From contig CAWEXU010000030.1 in NCBI GenBank assembly GCA_963813075.1, positions 192,001 to 256,000 on the forward strand: a DNA stretch of 64,000 nucleotides, in the 5' to 3' direction. The notes below the pieces were generated by a model. It had not been told where the DNA came from, did not search any database, and was given only the letters and a program-made list of their open reading frames with translations. The DNA comes from Methanotrichaceae archaeon (GTDB lineage Archaea; Halobacteriota; Methanosarcinia; Methanotrichales; Methanotrichaceae). Made by a program: the position numbers and the translations under genes. Of the stretch, positions 51,655-64,000 are shown piece by piece. How positions within the stretch are numbered: the stretch's first letter is position 1; the number at the start of each line of letters is the position of its first letter.

Positions 51655-52923
51655 TTAAGGGCTGAAGTTCTGCGCTATGCCTTGCTCATCCGCCTTGGTG
51701 CAGGCAGAGAGAATGGGGACGGGCTTTTGGAAGCTATCCAGAAGATGTCCGATGCGCACTGTTGCCTTTTCGATAAATGGCAGGCTTTCAGGCTCTTCGC
51801 AGGCCAGGACCATTGCCCCACACATCTGCCCCCCGGAGGTTATCGGCGCTGTGATCCAGCTTCCTTTTGATCCATCTTTAGCCTGGTGAATTCGGGCCGG
51901 TCCGAGAAGGTCGCAACTGGCCTGGATATCTTTGATGAACTCTATTAAGACCTCAACCGATCCATGCAGGGCTCTGAGCACCAGACCGCTGCTCTCCTGG
52001 AGGAATATTCCTCCGACGTCCGCCCCGCCCGCCCCGGATACAACATGCGCCAGGGAATCTGCCAGCATCTTGTCCATATCCTCCGTGGGGGAAAAACAGA
52101 TCTCTGCAATCCGATCCATTGCGTCCATTTCCCGGTTGGCCTTGAGGATCTTGACCTCCAGCTCCTTTCTTTCCGTTATATCCAGGAGATTTCCCAGCAT
52201 CGCCCTCTGTCCCTCATGCTCTATGGGCACCGTCCGGAACTCAATCCAGCGATATGTTTCATCCCGGCGCAGTATCCTTGATTCATAGACCGGCACGCTG
52301 GACTTCTGATCTCTGTCCAGCCGGCTGACGCATTGCATGTCATCGGGCTTGACCAGCTGCCAGAAGGGCATCCCCAGGAGGCTATCTGCCGAGCAGCCGA
52401 ATATATCTCCCAGCTTCGGATTGACCAGCTTGAAGACCCCCTCCTGGAGGATATAAATGCCGGCCAGGGCATTCTCCACAATATTTCGGTGAATTCTCTC
52501 CGACCTCTCGATGCACTCTCTCATCTGCCTCTCATTTGCCTTGAACCGCGCCTCTTGTATGAGGTTTTCAAATACATAGGGAAGGCTCTTGAAGCTCTCC
52601 AGGCTCTTGACCACATATTTTGTTGCCCGGTTCTCAAAGGCAACCACCGCCATCTCTGTAGTGCCGTGGCCGGAGACCATGACCACAGGGATATCCGGGT
52701 CCAGCCTCCTGATCCTCACTAAAACGTCCAGGCCTCCAATCCCGGGCAGGACCAGGTCCACAGAGATCAGATCGTATCGATCCAGAGATATCATCTCCAG
52801 GCCCTCCTCTCCGGTGGCGGCGAAGTTCAAGAAAAACTCATCATGCCTCCTGAAGCCCATTTTAATCAGCTCGGCATGCTCTGGATCGTCCTCAATGATA
52901 AGAATGCGATAGGGCCCTGACAT
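51655..52923 (-). CDS. Response regulator (REC-PAS-GAF-like)
   Basis: ILIIEDD, DLVLP and VVK receiver motifs; PAS ending DITERK. Confidence 0.9.
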   Translation of the reverse strand: MSGPYRILIIEDDPEHAELIKMGFRRHDEFFLNFAATGEEGLEMISLDRYDLISVDLVLPGIGGLDVLVRIRRLDPDIPVVMVSGHGTTEMAVVAFENRATKYVVKSLESFKSLPYVFENLIQEARFKANERQMRECIERSERIHRNIVENALAGIYILQEGVFKLVNPKLGDIFGCSADSLLGMPFWQLVKPDDMQCVSRLDRDQKSSVPVYESRILRRDETYRWIEFRTVPIEHEGQRAMLGNLLDITERKELEVKILKANREMDAMDRIAEICFSPTEDMDKMLADSLAHVVSGAGGADVGGIFLQESSGLVLRALHGSVEVLIEFIKDIQASCDLLGPARIHQAKDGSKGSWITAPITSGGQMCGAMVLACEEPESLPFIEKATVRIGHLLDSFQKPVPILSACTKADEQGIAQNFSP

Positions 52924-53043
52924 TGGAAACCGTCCTTGTCATGAAAATAGATGCTTGATCAGTATATTATATCTTTCTCCTGCAATTGGATGTGCTGATT
53001 TTTGCATTAGGTTTAATAGCCTGCAAAAGCATAATCAGAAGAG

Positions 53044-55182
53044 ATGAAACCAGTTGCCGCCTTCATTCTCATCTCCATTCTCCTGGCCGGCTCAGTCCAG
53101 GCCCGCGTCCTGACCGTCGACCCTGGGGACAATGGCGATGCCAAGACCCTTTCTGCTGCCGTATTATCAGGCCAGCCCCGGAGATACAATTCAAATCCAG
53201 TCCGGCAGATATGGAGGAGCGGTCATCGACCGCAGCCTCAAGATCCATGGTCAGGAGGGCGTCTCCATTGAGGGGCCCCTCATCATCAATGCTCCGGGAT
53301 GCGAGATATACGACCTTAAAATCAATTCGAGCAAACTGGATCCATCCCTGAGCCTCCTTTCGCGAGACTGCCGAGCCGTACGCTGCTCGGTCTCCGGCGC
53401 AAAGGTGGCAGTAAACTCAGAGGGCAGCAACAATACAATTGAGGAGTGCAGCATCAACTCCCCCGGAGGGATAGAGATCTTCGCCCCGGATAACAGGGTC
53501 CTTGGCTGCCGCATCCAGGGCGGTGTTGGGGTGCGAATCAACCAGACCGCTGGCTGTATGGTCGAAAATTGCACCATCAATGCTTTGCAGGCCGTCCTGA
53601 TAGAGGACTCGGACGGAAATAGCGCCTTGAACAACACCATTCTCACCGACGGACTGGGGCTGGTCCTCACCCGGTCGGATGGAAATGTGGCCGCGGGAAA
53701 TAACCTCAGCGGGGCTTTTGTGAGCGGCATGGATGTGTTTGATTCCAGAGCCAATGTTATCTCAGCAAACCGGATAAAAGGGGGCAAGGTGGGAATCAGC
53801 CTGAGGGGGACGGAAGGCTGCAATGTGACACAAAACGAGTGCCATAAAAACGAGAGGGTGGGAATCTACGGCAACGGGGCAGAAAACTCCCTCCTGGCAG
53901 ATAATCGTCTGTCAGAAAACGGCAATGGTATTCTCCTCACAGGCTTGAGCCACAGCATCATTCAGTCCAATCATGCCTCTAATAACACCTACGGCATATC
54001 GTTGCGCGGATCGGCAAACAACCTTTTGCGGGATAACCTCCTGGAAATGAACCGCTACAATCTGCGCATTGACAGCGGAGAGGGCTCGGACTCTCCTATC
54101 CATGACTATTATGTTCAGGACATAGATCGGAGCAATATTGTCGATGGCAGGCCGGTATGCTATCTGGTGGGGGAATCGGGGATAAATGTGCCTGAAGACT
54201 GCGGCTTTTTGGGAGTGGTATCCAGCCGGGGGATATCCGCCCAAAATCTGACCATATCCAACAGCAGCGTGGGCGTGCTGCTGGTGAACTCCTCCGGCTG
54301 CCGCATTCAGAACAGCACCGTCTCCTGGTCTGAGCAGGGAATCCTCCTCCAGGGAAGCGACGACTGCATCATCTCCAGCTGTCTGGTTTTCGACGCCAAT
54401 AGCGGCTACGACAGCCTGGACTCAAGCGGCATTCAGTTTGTGGGCGACGAGGCCAGAAACTGCAGCGATGAAGGCTTCCGGGTAAAGGGCTCCCTCAACA
54501 TGCTCCTTCTCAAATGCAACTCCACGAATTCCAATAGCGGCATATCCCTTCACAGCTCACGGTTATGCAGAGTGCAGGACTGCAGCGCTGTCCTCAATCT
54601 GAAGGATGGACTGCTTTTAAGCCTCTCACATAAGTGCTCTTTAGTGGGCAACCAGGCCGCATCAAATGACAGGGGATTCACCCTTGCCGGCAGCAATGCC
54701 TGCATTTTAGAGGCCAATTTCGCCATCTCGAACCAGAGGGACGGCATCGCACTGGAGCAGCTATCCGATGCCGAGGTGAGTGAACAACACCGCCAGCAAA
54801 AACGGCCAGGGCATATATGTTCAGTCGTCCAAAAAGTCGAGGATCTCCGGGAACACCCTCTGCAACAACAGCCGCTACGGCCTGCGCATGAGCACCAGCA
54901 CCAGCTGCAATATCACCGATAATGAGATCTGCTCCAATCAGATCGCGGGCATCAATCTGGTCGACTGCACGGACAACTTCCTCTATCACAACATAATCAG
55001 AGATAACCTCATCCAGAATGCAGCGGACAACGGCAACAACCACTGGGACGCCGGGGCAAAGGCGGGAGGCAACTACTGGAGCGATCATGCGGTGGCAGGG
55101 CGACCCGGGAAGTGTGCCCCGCCCCATTCCCGGCCGGGGCCAGGATCGTTATCCATTCCAGCATCCCGGAGGCTGGAGCTGA
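53044..55182 (+). CDS. Secreted NosD/CASH parallel beta-helix protein (frameshifts near 53160, 54780, 55110)
   Basis: PGDTI, many GIxL..S..N repeats, IDRSNIVDGRPVCYL and GGNYWSD. Confidence 0.85.
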
Positions 55183-55642
55183 TGGATGAACTGGATTTAG
55201 AGCTTCTCCGGGTCGCTCAGGATGGCCTGGAGCTGACCGAGAGGCCGTACCGGGTTTGGGGCGAGGTCCTGGGGATATCGGAAGAGGAGGTCATAGTTCG
55301 CCTCCAGGCCCTGGAGGATGAGGGCATCGTCCGCCGTTTCGCCGCCACCATAGGGCACCGGGCCCTGGGAATCCTGGCCAATGCCCTTATCGCCTGGAGG
55401 GTGCCGCCGGAGAGGGTGGATGAGGCAGGATCGATACTATGCTGCGGCAGAGGAGGTCACTCACTGCTATGAGAGGGCGACGGCTCTGGACTGGCCTTAT
55501 AACATTTACACCATGGTCCACTCTCGCAGCAGAGAGGAATGCCTCCAGATTGCAGACCGGCTCTCTGAGAGCGTCCGGCATAAGCGAATATATCGTCCTT
55601 TTCAGCGAGAAAGAGTACAAGAAGATCAGCGCCAGGATTTGA
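55182..55642 (+). CDS. ahbB: Siroheme decarboxylase beta subunit (frameshifted)
   Basis: QDGL..RPY, RRFAA, HRALG..AN, VTHCYER, WPYNIYTMVH and EYKK motifs. Confidence 0.85.
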
Positions 55643-55675
55643 TGCCAGATATGATGCAGGAGATGCTGAGTGCTC

Positions 55676-56386
55676 ATGGCAGGACCGGATGACATCCCCT
55701 TAAATAAGCCTCTTCTGCCCCTTTTTCTGGATATGAGCCAGAGAGCTGGTGGTGATCTTCGGCGGGGGGAAGGTGGCGGAGAGGAAGGCGGCCCTCTTTT
55801 CCGATTACGGGCCGGTGCGGGTGGTCAGCCAGAGATTCACCCCCAACCTCCTGGCATCAGAGGATAAGATGGGAGCTGATCAGAGTGCGACCTGACCGAG
55901 CGAATTCAAAAGGTATCTGGAGGGGGCCTTCATCGCCATTCCGGCCACCAGCAACTCCCAGTTAAACCGGTCGATAGAGGAGGAGGCGATCCGGATGGGG
56001 ATTCTGGTCAACCGGGTGGAGGGCAGGGGAGAGGTGGTGGTGCCCTCGATCATCAGAAAGGGCCAGATCGCCATCGCCATATCCACCGAGGTCCCGGGCC
56101 TGACCCGATACCTCCGCTCAGCGGCTGGATGAGGAGCTGACCGAGGACTATCAGGGGATGGCCAGGCTTCTGGGCCGGCTGAGGCCCGAGCTGAAGGAGC
56201 TTATTCCCCGGCAAGAGGATCGCGCCCGCGCGATCAAGTGCATCCTGGAGGACGAGGAGGTGTGGAGGCTCCTCGACACTCTCCTATGAAAAGGCCTATA
56301 TGAGAGCCCGCTCACATGCATGCCAGGATGAGCGAGATAGCCTCGATGCTGGTGACTCACCGCACCGCCTCCATCGACGAGATTGA
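55676..56386 (+). CDS. sirC: Precorrin-2 dehydrogenase (SirC/CysG N-terminal type), frameshifted
   Basis: LPLFLDM, VVIFGGGKVAERKA, VIPAT-like segment, VVVPSII and IAIST read across shifts. Confidence 0.8.
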
Positions 56387-57575
56387 GAGAGCCTGGCACG
56401 GTGATGTGGAGACCATCCTCAAGTGGGTGCAGTCTCAGGACAGGGTGGAGGAATGCGCTGTTCTCAAGACCTGCAACCGGGTCGAGATCTATGTGGTGGC
56501 GCCGCGAGGGGAGAAGGTCCTCTTCGACCTGGCCAAGAAAGCGCGCGTCTCATCTCGAATCATCGATTTTCATGATCACGACGAATCCCTTCTCCACCTC
56601 CTCCGCCTGGCCTCGGGCCTGGAGTCCATGATCATCGGCGAGGACCAGATCTTAGGACAGATGAAAGAACTTGACCCAGATGGCGATGAAGGCGGGCACG
56701 ACCGGCTGGATGCTGGAGACCGCCTTTAAGAAGGCCATTCAGGTGGGCAAAAGGGTGCGCAAGGAGACCAGCATCAATGAGCGCTCGGTGTCGGTCGGCT
56801 CGGCGGCTGTGGATCTGGCGGAGGAGATCCTGGGGGAGCTGAAGGGCAAATCGGTGCTGGTGATCGGCGCCGGCGAGACCGGGGAGCTCATATCGCGGGC
56901 ATTGCTCATGCCGGGAGATAGGATCGCTGGCGGTCACCAACCGCACCTTCAGCTCAGCGGACTGTCTGGCGGAGAGCCTGGGAGGAGAGGCGGTGCCATT
57001 CGATGATATGCCCTGCTCGCCTCCATACCGCAGATGTGGTGATCAGCGCCACCTCTGCCCCCCACTACATCCTCCTCAAGGACGATATCGAGACGGCCAT
57101 GGCCGGCAGGAGCAATAAATTGCTGATAATCGATATCGCCAACCCCAGGGATGTGGACCAGGCAGCGGCGGAGGTTCCAGGGGTCGCAGCTGCATAACAT
57201 CGACAGCCTCAAGAACATCAGCCGGGAGAATATGATGCAGAGGATGGCGGAGGCGTCACGGGTGGAGGAGATCATCGCCGAAGAGATGAGGCTTCTTCAG
57301 GCCAAGTACAAGAGAAAGGAGGCGGAAGAGCTGCTGGCCAGGCTTTACTCTCAGGCGGAGCAGATCAAGGACCAGGAGGTCAGAAAGGCCATGAACAAGC
57401 TCTCCGCCAGGCATACTCTGGGCGAGATCGAGCAGCAGGTCTTGTGCGACATGAGCCGCTCCATTGTGAACAAGATTCTGTCCGAGCCGACCAAATCCCT
57501 GAAGAGCGCTGCGGAGAGGGGAGACGTGGAGATACTGAAATCATTGTGCGAGCTGTTCCGGCTGGAGGAGAAGAT

Positions 57576-57579
<4 letters not shown>
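56328..57579 (+). CDS. hemA: Glutamyl-tRNA reductase (frameshifted)
   Basis: [28 protein letters not shown] and DIANPRDV motifs. Confidence 0.95.
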
Positions 57580-58533
<954 letters not shown>

Positions 58534-58633
58534 TCCTGCAGATAATCGATACTAATCGCATCTTTGTCCTGATATAACGAATAGGTTTATAGCCTGAAAG
58601 ATTTTTATTTTAAAACAGATCGACACAGAAGAA

Positions 58634-59650
58634 ATGGCAAAAAAATTCGTAATTGTCTCATCCTCAGGAGAGAGGAGAGTGCTGGACGAATTGGTTCCCT
58701 CAGAGGTACTTGATGCAGCCCGCGGCGATATTCAGAGGGCAATCCCAGCCTTGGCTAAAGATCCATGCATGGTTCAGGCTATTGAAAGGGCAATCAAGCG
58801 TGTGCCAACACAACATCGTTTAATTCCAGGGGATAGCAGATGGATGGAAGAGATTGCCGATGAGAGCGTTCATCTGGCTGTTACATCACCACCCTACTGG
58901 ACTTTAAAGGAGTATCCTCGCTGCGATGGTCAATTGGGCCTGGTGGGCGATTATGAGGAGTTTCTGGAGAATCTTGATAAGATCTGGAAGCATGTCCTCA
59001 GAGTCTTGGTCCCCGGTGGCAGACTGGTAGTAGTAGTGGGAGACGTATGTATGCCACGACGTCATTTTGGCAGACATGTGGTCTATCCCCTCCATGCCAG
59101 CATACAGGAGCATTGTCGAAAGATAGGATTTGATAACCTTGCACCTATCATCTGGCATAAGATTGCTAATGCTCAGTTCGAATCCAAGAGATGCACAAAT
59201 TTTCTAGGAAAGCCATATGAGCCCAATGCTATAATAAAAAATGATATAGAATATATATTATTTCAGAGAAAGCCAGGGGGCTACCGACAACCAACTACCT
59301 CCGCTCGACTCATGTCAGTAATTCCAGAAAATTATCATAGGTTATGGTTCCAGCAAATCTGGGAGCTTAATGGAGCCTCTACAAAGCATCATCCAGCACC
59401 ATATCCACTGGCTTTGGCCGAACGACTGATACGTATGTTCTCTTTTGTTGGCGACACAGTCCTTGATCCATTCATGGGAACTGGTACGACAAATCTCGCT
59501 TCTGGCCTTTGGGGACGCAATAGCATAGGATACGAAATCGAACCGACATATTTTGATTTGGCCTGCAATCGGGTCAAAGCTCTCAAGGAGACTCAGCTTA
59601 CCCTTGATTCCATCAGCTCGCTGGAAGTGAAACCATCGTGCCCGGTCTAG
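58634..59650 (+). CDS. Site-specific DNA methyltransferase, beta class (N4-C/N6-A)
   Basis: VTSPPYW precedes HPAPYP and VLDPFMGTGTT. Confidence 0.95.
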   Translation: MAKKFVIVSSSGERRVLDELVPSEVLDAARGDIQRAIPALAKDPCMVQAIERAIKRVPTQHRLIPGDSRWMEEIADESVHLAVTSPPYWTLKEYPRCDGQLGLVGDYEEFLENLDKIWKHVLRVLVPGGRLVVVVGDVCMPRRHFGRHVVYPLHASIQEHCRKIGFDNLAPIIWHKIANAQFESKRCTNFLGKPYEPNAIIKNDIEYILFQRKPGGYRQPTTSARLMSVIPENYHRLWFQQIWELNGASTKHHPAPYPLALAERLIRMFSFVGDTVLDPFMGTGTTNLASGLWGRNSIGYEIEPTYFDLACNRVKALKETQLTLDSISSLEVKPSCPV

Positions 59651-60387
59651 ATCCTTCTATTGATCCGTTTATCTTTTCCGACTCAGTCCGGGCATTTTGG
59701 CAAACCAGAGAACAGCAAGCTGACGCCCAATTACAGCGTGGGCAGTCGGATCAAGGATCGCGCAGCGCAGCAACTGGTGGAAAACAGATGGATGTTTTCT
59801 CCAGAACGATATGTAAGCTCCTTATTGAGACTGGAATTGATGAAAAGGACATATTTCAGAGGATTTCAGTTGAACTGCCCGGTTTTTTCCGGCCCACGAA
59901 AGAGTGGGATATCGTGGTTGTTGTGGATGGCAGTCTAATAGCAGCGATCGAGCTAAAATCGCAGGTAGGGCCTTCTTTTGGCAATAATTTTAACAATCGC
60001 ACAGAGGAAGCATTGGGATCGGCCATGGACATCTGGACCGCCTATCGAGAAGGGGCCTTCCGAACATCGCCTGCCCCCTGGCTGGGTTATCTGCTGCTAA
60101 TAGAGGATTGCCCGAGGTCAAGAAGCCCAGTTGGTGTAAGAGAGCCGCATTTCCCTGTGTTTCCGGAGTTTCTGCAGGCATCTTATGCCAAACGCTACGA
60201 ATTGTTTTGCCGCAAGCTGGTTCGTGAGAGGCAATACAATTCGGCATGTTTTTTAACCGCAGATCGCGCAAGCGCAGATTCAGGGGAGAACTACAAAGAA
60301 CCAGCGGAAGACCTCTCCGCTCGCCAGTTTATCTCTCAGCTTCAAAGCCACGCCCGTGGCATAATTTGCAGAGAAATTTCTGATTAA
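59638..60387 (+). CDS. Type II restriction endonuclease, PaeR7I/XhoI family
   Basis: LPGFFRPTKEWD, ELKSQVGPSFGNNFNNRTEEALG and SYAKRY motifs; overlaps the MTase. Confidence 0.88.
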   Translation: MPGLDPSIDPFIFSDSVRAFWQTREQQADAQLQRGQSDQGSRSAATGGKQMDVFSRTICKLLIETGIDEKDIFQRISVELPGFFRPTKEWDIVVVVDGSLIAAIELKSQVGPSFGNNFNNRTEEALGSAMDIWTAYREGAFRTSPAPWLGYLLLIEDCPRSRSPVGVREPHFPVFPEFLQASYAKRYELFCRKLVRERQYNSACFLTADRASADSGENYKEPAEDLSARQFISQLQSHARGIICREISD

Positions 60388-60820
60388 CCAGATTGCTCTC
60401 TTTTCTTTCTCCGGCAGTAGCTCTCATATGCCACCCGGGAGAGCCGGTCTGCCTCTTCGTTCTTCTCTCGCGGCACCCACGTAAAGCTCACCTCCTTTCC
60501 CTCCAGGAGCTTCTTGATCTGGGGCACATACTTTTTGGAGGTGGCAGAGCTTATCCGGTACTCCCCTTTCATCTGCTTGATCACCAGCTCCGAGTCCCCC
60601 GGATCTGGATCTTCTCGTCGATCCCCTCGTCATTCAGCCAGCGGGCTGCGGCTAACAGTCCCTCGTACTCCCCTACGTTATTGGTCATCCCCCGGCCCTC
60701 ACCCACAGCGCCAAAGCCCCTCCAGATCGGCTCCTTGTCGCGGCAGACCAGATAGCCATAAGCCGCCACTCCACCGGGATTTTTGGGATAGCAGAGGCCG
60801 TCGAAGTAAACAGTGATCAT
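60384..60820 (-). CDS. rnhA: Ribonuclease HI (frameshift near 60595)
   Basis: YFDG, NPG, TNNVGEY, GDSELVIKQ and WVPREKNEEADRL motifs. Confidence 0.93.
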
Positions 60821-60975
60821 CTCAGAAATCGAATCGACGGTACTATTATAAAGAATATATGCAAATGTTCCTTAGCTATTAAAGAGATCTTCAGATACGA
60901 TGCATTTATAATCGACTTGTCCAAATCAGGGCAACTGGCATTACCCGTCAACGGCGAAAAGAGGTTCTAAAGATC

Positions 60976-62040
60976 ATGAAGGTAGCGGTTATTGGTGGAG
61001 GCATCGGCGGCGCAGAGCTGATAAGAGTGGCTTCACCCTGCCCCCTGGAGTTCACCCTGATAGAGCCCAAAAAGCAGATCGAGATGCAGGCCCTCTATCC
61101 CGAGTATCTGGGAGGGGTCGCCAGGCTGCAGGACCTGGCCGCTCCCCTGAAACCCTTCTGCGAGCGGGTGGGAGCCCGTCACATCCAGGAGAAGGCCCTC
61201 CGCCTGGAGGGAAACACTGTGGTCTGCGAGAGCTCGGAAGTGGAGTTCGACTATGCAGTCATCGCCACCGGAGCCGCTCAGAACTACTTCGGCATCAAAG
61301 GGGTCGAGAACACCTTTTCCATCAACACTCTGGAGGAGACGAAGAGGGCGCGGCGATTTGTGGAGGACAACTATCCGGAGAGAATCATGATCATGGGCTC
61401 CGGCCTCACCGGGGTGGAGGCGGCATCCATCCTGGCGGAGAGCCTTGACTCCAGCATTTATGTCATCGAGGCGAAAGAGCGTGTCCTGCCCCAGTTCTCA
61501 GCTCAGACCTCCGAGCTGGTGGAGAAGGCCCTGTCCAAGAAAGGGGTGAACATCCTCACCTCCACCCAGGTGGCGGAGGTCAAGAAGGACTGCATAATGT
61601 TCAGCGACAATTCCTGCCTGGACTGCGATATGGCCATCTGGACGGCAGGGGTGAAGCCCTCCGGATTCATCCAGGATCTGGAGCTGCCCAAGAAGAACGG
61701 CTGGCTCTTGGTGGACCCCTACCTAAATGCAAAGGGCAATCTGTTTGCCATGGGCGATTGCGCCTGGGTGGAGATCGATGGCCGGCTGGCCACCAAGACC
61801 GGTCTGGAGGCGGAAAGGCAGGCCAAGTACCTCGCCCGCCACCTCTCCCATTTGATAAAAGGAAGCCCTCTGGATAGATATTCGGTGCGGGCCAGCACCG
61901 ACAGCCAGGTGGCGCTCATATCCCTGGGCTCGGACTGCGCAGTGGGGGTGTTGGGCAAGACCTGCATTGGGGTTCCCACCAGGCTGATCTACTCTCTGAA
62001 AAGCTGGATCGACAAATCCTTTATCAAGAGGTTCAAATAA
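60976..62040 (+). CDS. FAD/NAD(P)-dependent oxidoreductase (NDH-2-like)
   Basis: VIGGGIGG, ATGA, GSGLTGVE, WTAGV and FAMGD motifs. Confidence 0.9.
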   Translation: MKVAVIGGGIGGAELIRVASPCPLEFTLIEPKKQIEMQALYPEYLGGVARLQDLAAPLKPFCERVGARHIQEKALRLEGNTVVCESSEVEFDYAVIATGAAQNYFGIKGVENTFSINTLEETKRARRFVEDNYPERIMIMGSGLTGVEAASILAESLDSSIYVIEAKERVLPQFSAQTSELVEKALSKKGVNILTSTQVAEVKKDCIMFSDNSCLDCDMAIWTAGVKPSGFIQDLELPKKNGWLLVDPYLNAKGNLFAMGDCAWVEIDGRLATKTGLEAERQAKYLARHLSHLIKGSPLDRYSVRASTDSQVALISLGSDCAVGVLGKTCIGVPTRLIYSLKSWIDKSFIKRFK

Positions 62041-62061
62041 TAAAAAAATTATTGCGCCCCA

Positions 62062-63736
62062 CTATCCCAATCTGGCCTTGAGCTTGAAGTCTCCTGAGCC
62101 TCGATAGGAATGGACCATTATGTAATATTCTCCCGGCCCGGTGATGGGAAGGACGAGGCTCTCATCGGGCCTGGATGTGTACCCCCTCCCGTCATAATCC
62201 TTCTTGGTGGGAGCGGCTCCTTTTCTCACATACAGATCATAGTCTGCCCCCTCCGGCCCGTCAAGGTCCATGACCAGCTGGTTTGAGACCACAATCCGGT
62301 AGATCTTCTCCTCTCCATCGCCCTTGAGGCTTCCTGCCACCTCCTGGACAAAGGGCGGCATCTCCTCTATGGCCTGCTCTGCCGGTCCCAGAACTTTTTG
62401 GGCTGCCTTCAGGGCATCAATTATGCCATATCCGAACTCATTGCCATACTGCTCGCTCCTGCTACAGGTCTGGCGGATCAGATCGATGACCTCCGCCGCT
62501 GTGAGGTGAATATTGGCGGATTTGATCAGCGCCGCCAGTCCGGCCACAAAAGGAGTGGCCATGGAGGTCCCGTCTAACGGTTCATAGCGTGATCCGAAAT
62601 AGGTGCTCAAAATGCCCACCCCGGGAGCCATGACCTGCTTGTAGTCTCCGAAATTTGAGAAGTCGGCCCTCTTGCCATTCTTGCTCACCGCCCCAACCGC
62701 GATCAGCTTGCCGTACCTGGAGGGATAGTTGTATACCTGCTCATCATCCAGGTTTGCCCCATCATTTCCCATGGCCGCTGCTATTACGCATCCTTTGGCC
62801 ACGGCATAGTCCAGGGCGGATTTCATGGGCTCCGGCTCAGGCTGGCTCTTATCCACGTATCCGCCCAGGCTGAGGCTGATCACGCTGGCAGCATGGTCTG
62901 CCGCCCAGATTATTCCATCGGCAATGTCGCTGAACACCCCCGAACCAGTCACATAGGACCCTCCCCCCTCAGTGCATCTGAGATTGGCCAGGACCCTTAC
63001 CGGCAGAATCCGGCAGTTCCAGGCCACACCTGCGATCCCCTGGCCGTTATCGGGAATGCCGGCAGCGATTCCTGCACAGTGGGTCCCGTGACCGTTCTCG
63101 TCATCGGGATTGTCATCACGGGTGGTGAAGTCCCCTTCCCAGACACACCCCTCTTCAGGAGGGACATCTGCGACATTGACCATATCAAATCCAGGCAGCA
63201 GCTTATCCTTCAGGTCAGGGTGGGTCTGATCCACACCCGTATCGACAATCGCCACCACCACCTCCGAACTGCCCTTTCGTCAGGTCCCAGGCCTTATCGC
63301 AGTTGATCATCTTCAATCCCCACAGGCCTTTGAAGAAGGTGTCATTGGGATTGGCCATTGTCCGGGCGTAGTAGTCCACCTGGGCATCCTCAACGCTCGG
63401 GTCTTTCTTCAGATCATTCACCATCGCGGTTACATCCGTATCCGGGGCGACGTTGACCAGGAAGGTCCTGGTGAAACCATACTCCTCATGGGTTGGGCCA
63501 GTCTCTGCTGCGGAACCGGTGAATGCCTCCGCTCTTGGCGACGGTGATCTGAGCTTGACGATACTGGTGACACTGTAGTTCTTCAGCACTCGGTCCACTG
63601 ATGGAACCCCAAGCGCCTTTGCAGTGGAGGTTCGTCCCGTGGGAATGGAGGCGGTCATCGTCCTTGCCGCCTGCTCTTTCAGCTTGAGGATCACTCTCCC
63701 CTTAACGATTGTAGGCTTCAATCCTTTTCCGGACAT
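62062..63736 (-). CDS. S8 subtilase with propeptide and C-terminal PPC domain (frameshift near 63275)
   Basis: VDTGVD, HGTHCAG and GTSMATP catalytic triad; DYDLYVRKG..PT PPC motif. Confidence 0.92.
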
Positions 63737-64000
63737 TTAGATGCACATCCCATATCATTTGTATATCAAAAAACCATGAGATATTGGATTCTAAAAGCTA
63801 TAAGCCTTTCCCTGTGCCCGCCCGGCGCATTGTGCAGAAATCATCCCGGCAAAAGCATGATCCCGCTACTCTGGATATATTTATAGCAGAGAAATGCTAT
63901 TTGAGGATGGATAATGGTTAAGGGCCGTTTCCTGCTCAACGACGGGCAGCCGTGGACAGTTGGATTGCACGAGATATGCATCAGAGGCGGTAAATTGGGA

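Noticed and set aside
54780..55472. Apparent NosD-AhbB fusion ORF
   Set aside because: Produced by frameshifts; the NosD-like gene stops at TGA 55180-82, overlapping the ahbB ATG.

Overview
Archaeal chromosome segment, most likely from a Methanothrix/Methanotrichaceae methanogen. The archaeal markers are a histone, gatE, cdc6, TFS, PCNA, PriL and ahbB-sirC-hemA-hemB; the genus call is inference. There are four zones. (1) 1-12.1 kb is a Ni/Co uptake island: a peptide/Ni ABC operon with an embedded SAM methyltransferase, three DUF4198 genes, a NikM-L-L-Q-O ECF transporter, and an unannotated 41-aa His/Cys-rich Hpn-like peptide. (2) 12.7-16.3 kb holds moaC, nnr and a secreted rhodanese. (3) About 16.4-38.7 kb is an AT-richer island of almost exclusively secreted proteins: a candidate amyloid/sheath protein with three I-x-Q-x-x-N-Q repeats divergent from a secreted caspase-family peptidase, three paralogous very Cys-rich Ig-like proteins (one with ten 93-aa cadherin-like repeats), three metzincin paralogs, a GEVED protein, two wHTH regulators, and a candidate ~80-nt anti-RBS small RNA matching ribosome-binding sites inside the island. 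This is the best candidate for an undescribed system (sheath or extracellular-matrix building and remodelling). (4) 39-64 kb is housekeeping genes plus an inserted PaeR7I/XhoI-family restriction-modification pair. Many genes, including hemA, hemB and rnhA, carry 1-bp frameshifts that are most likely long-read assembly errors. No rRNA, tRNA, CRISPR array or transposase was recognised.
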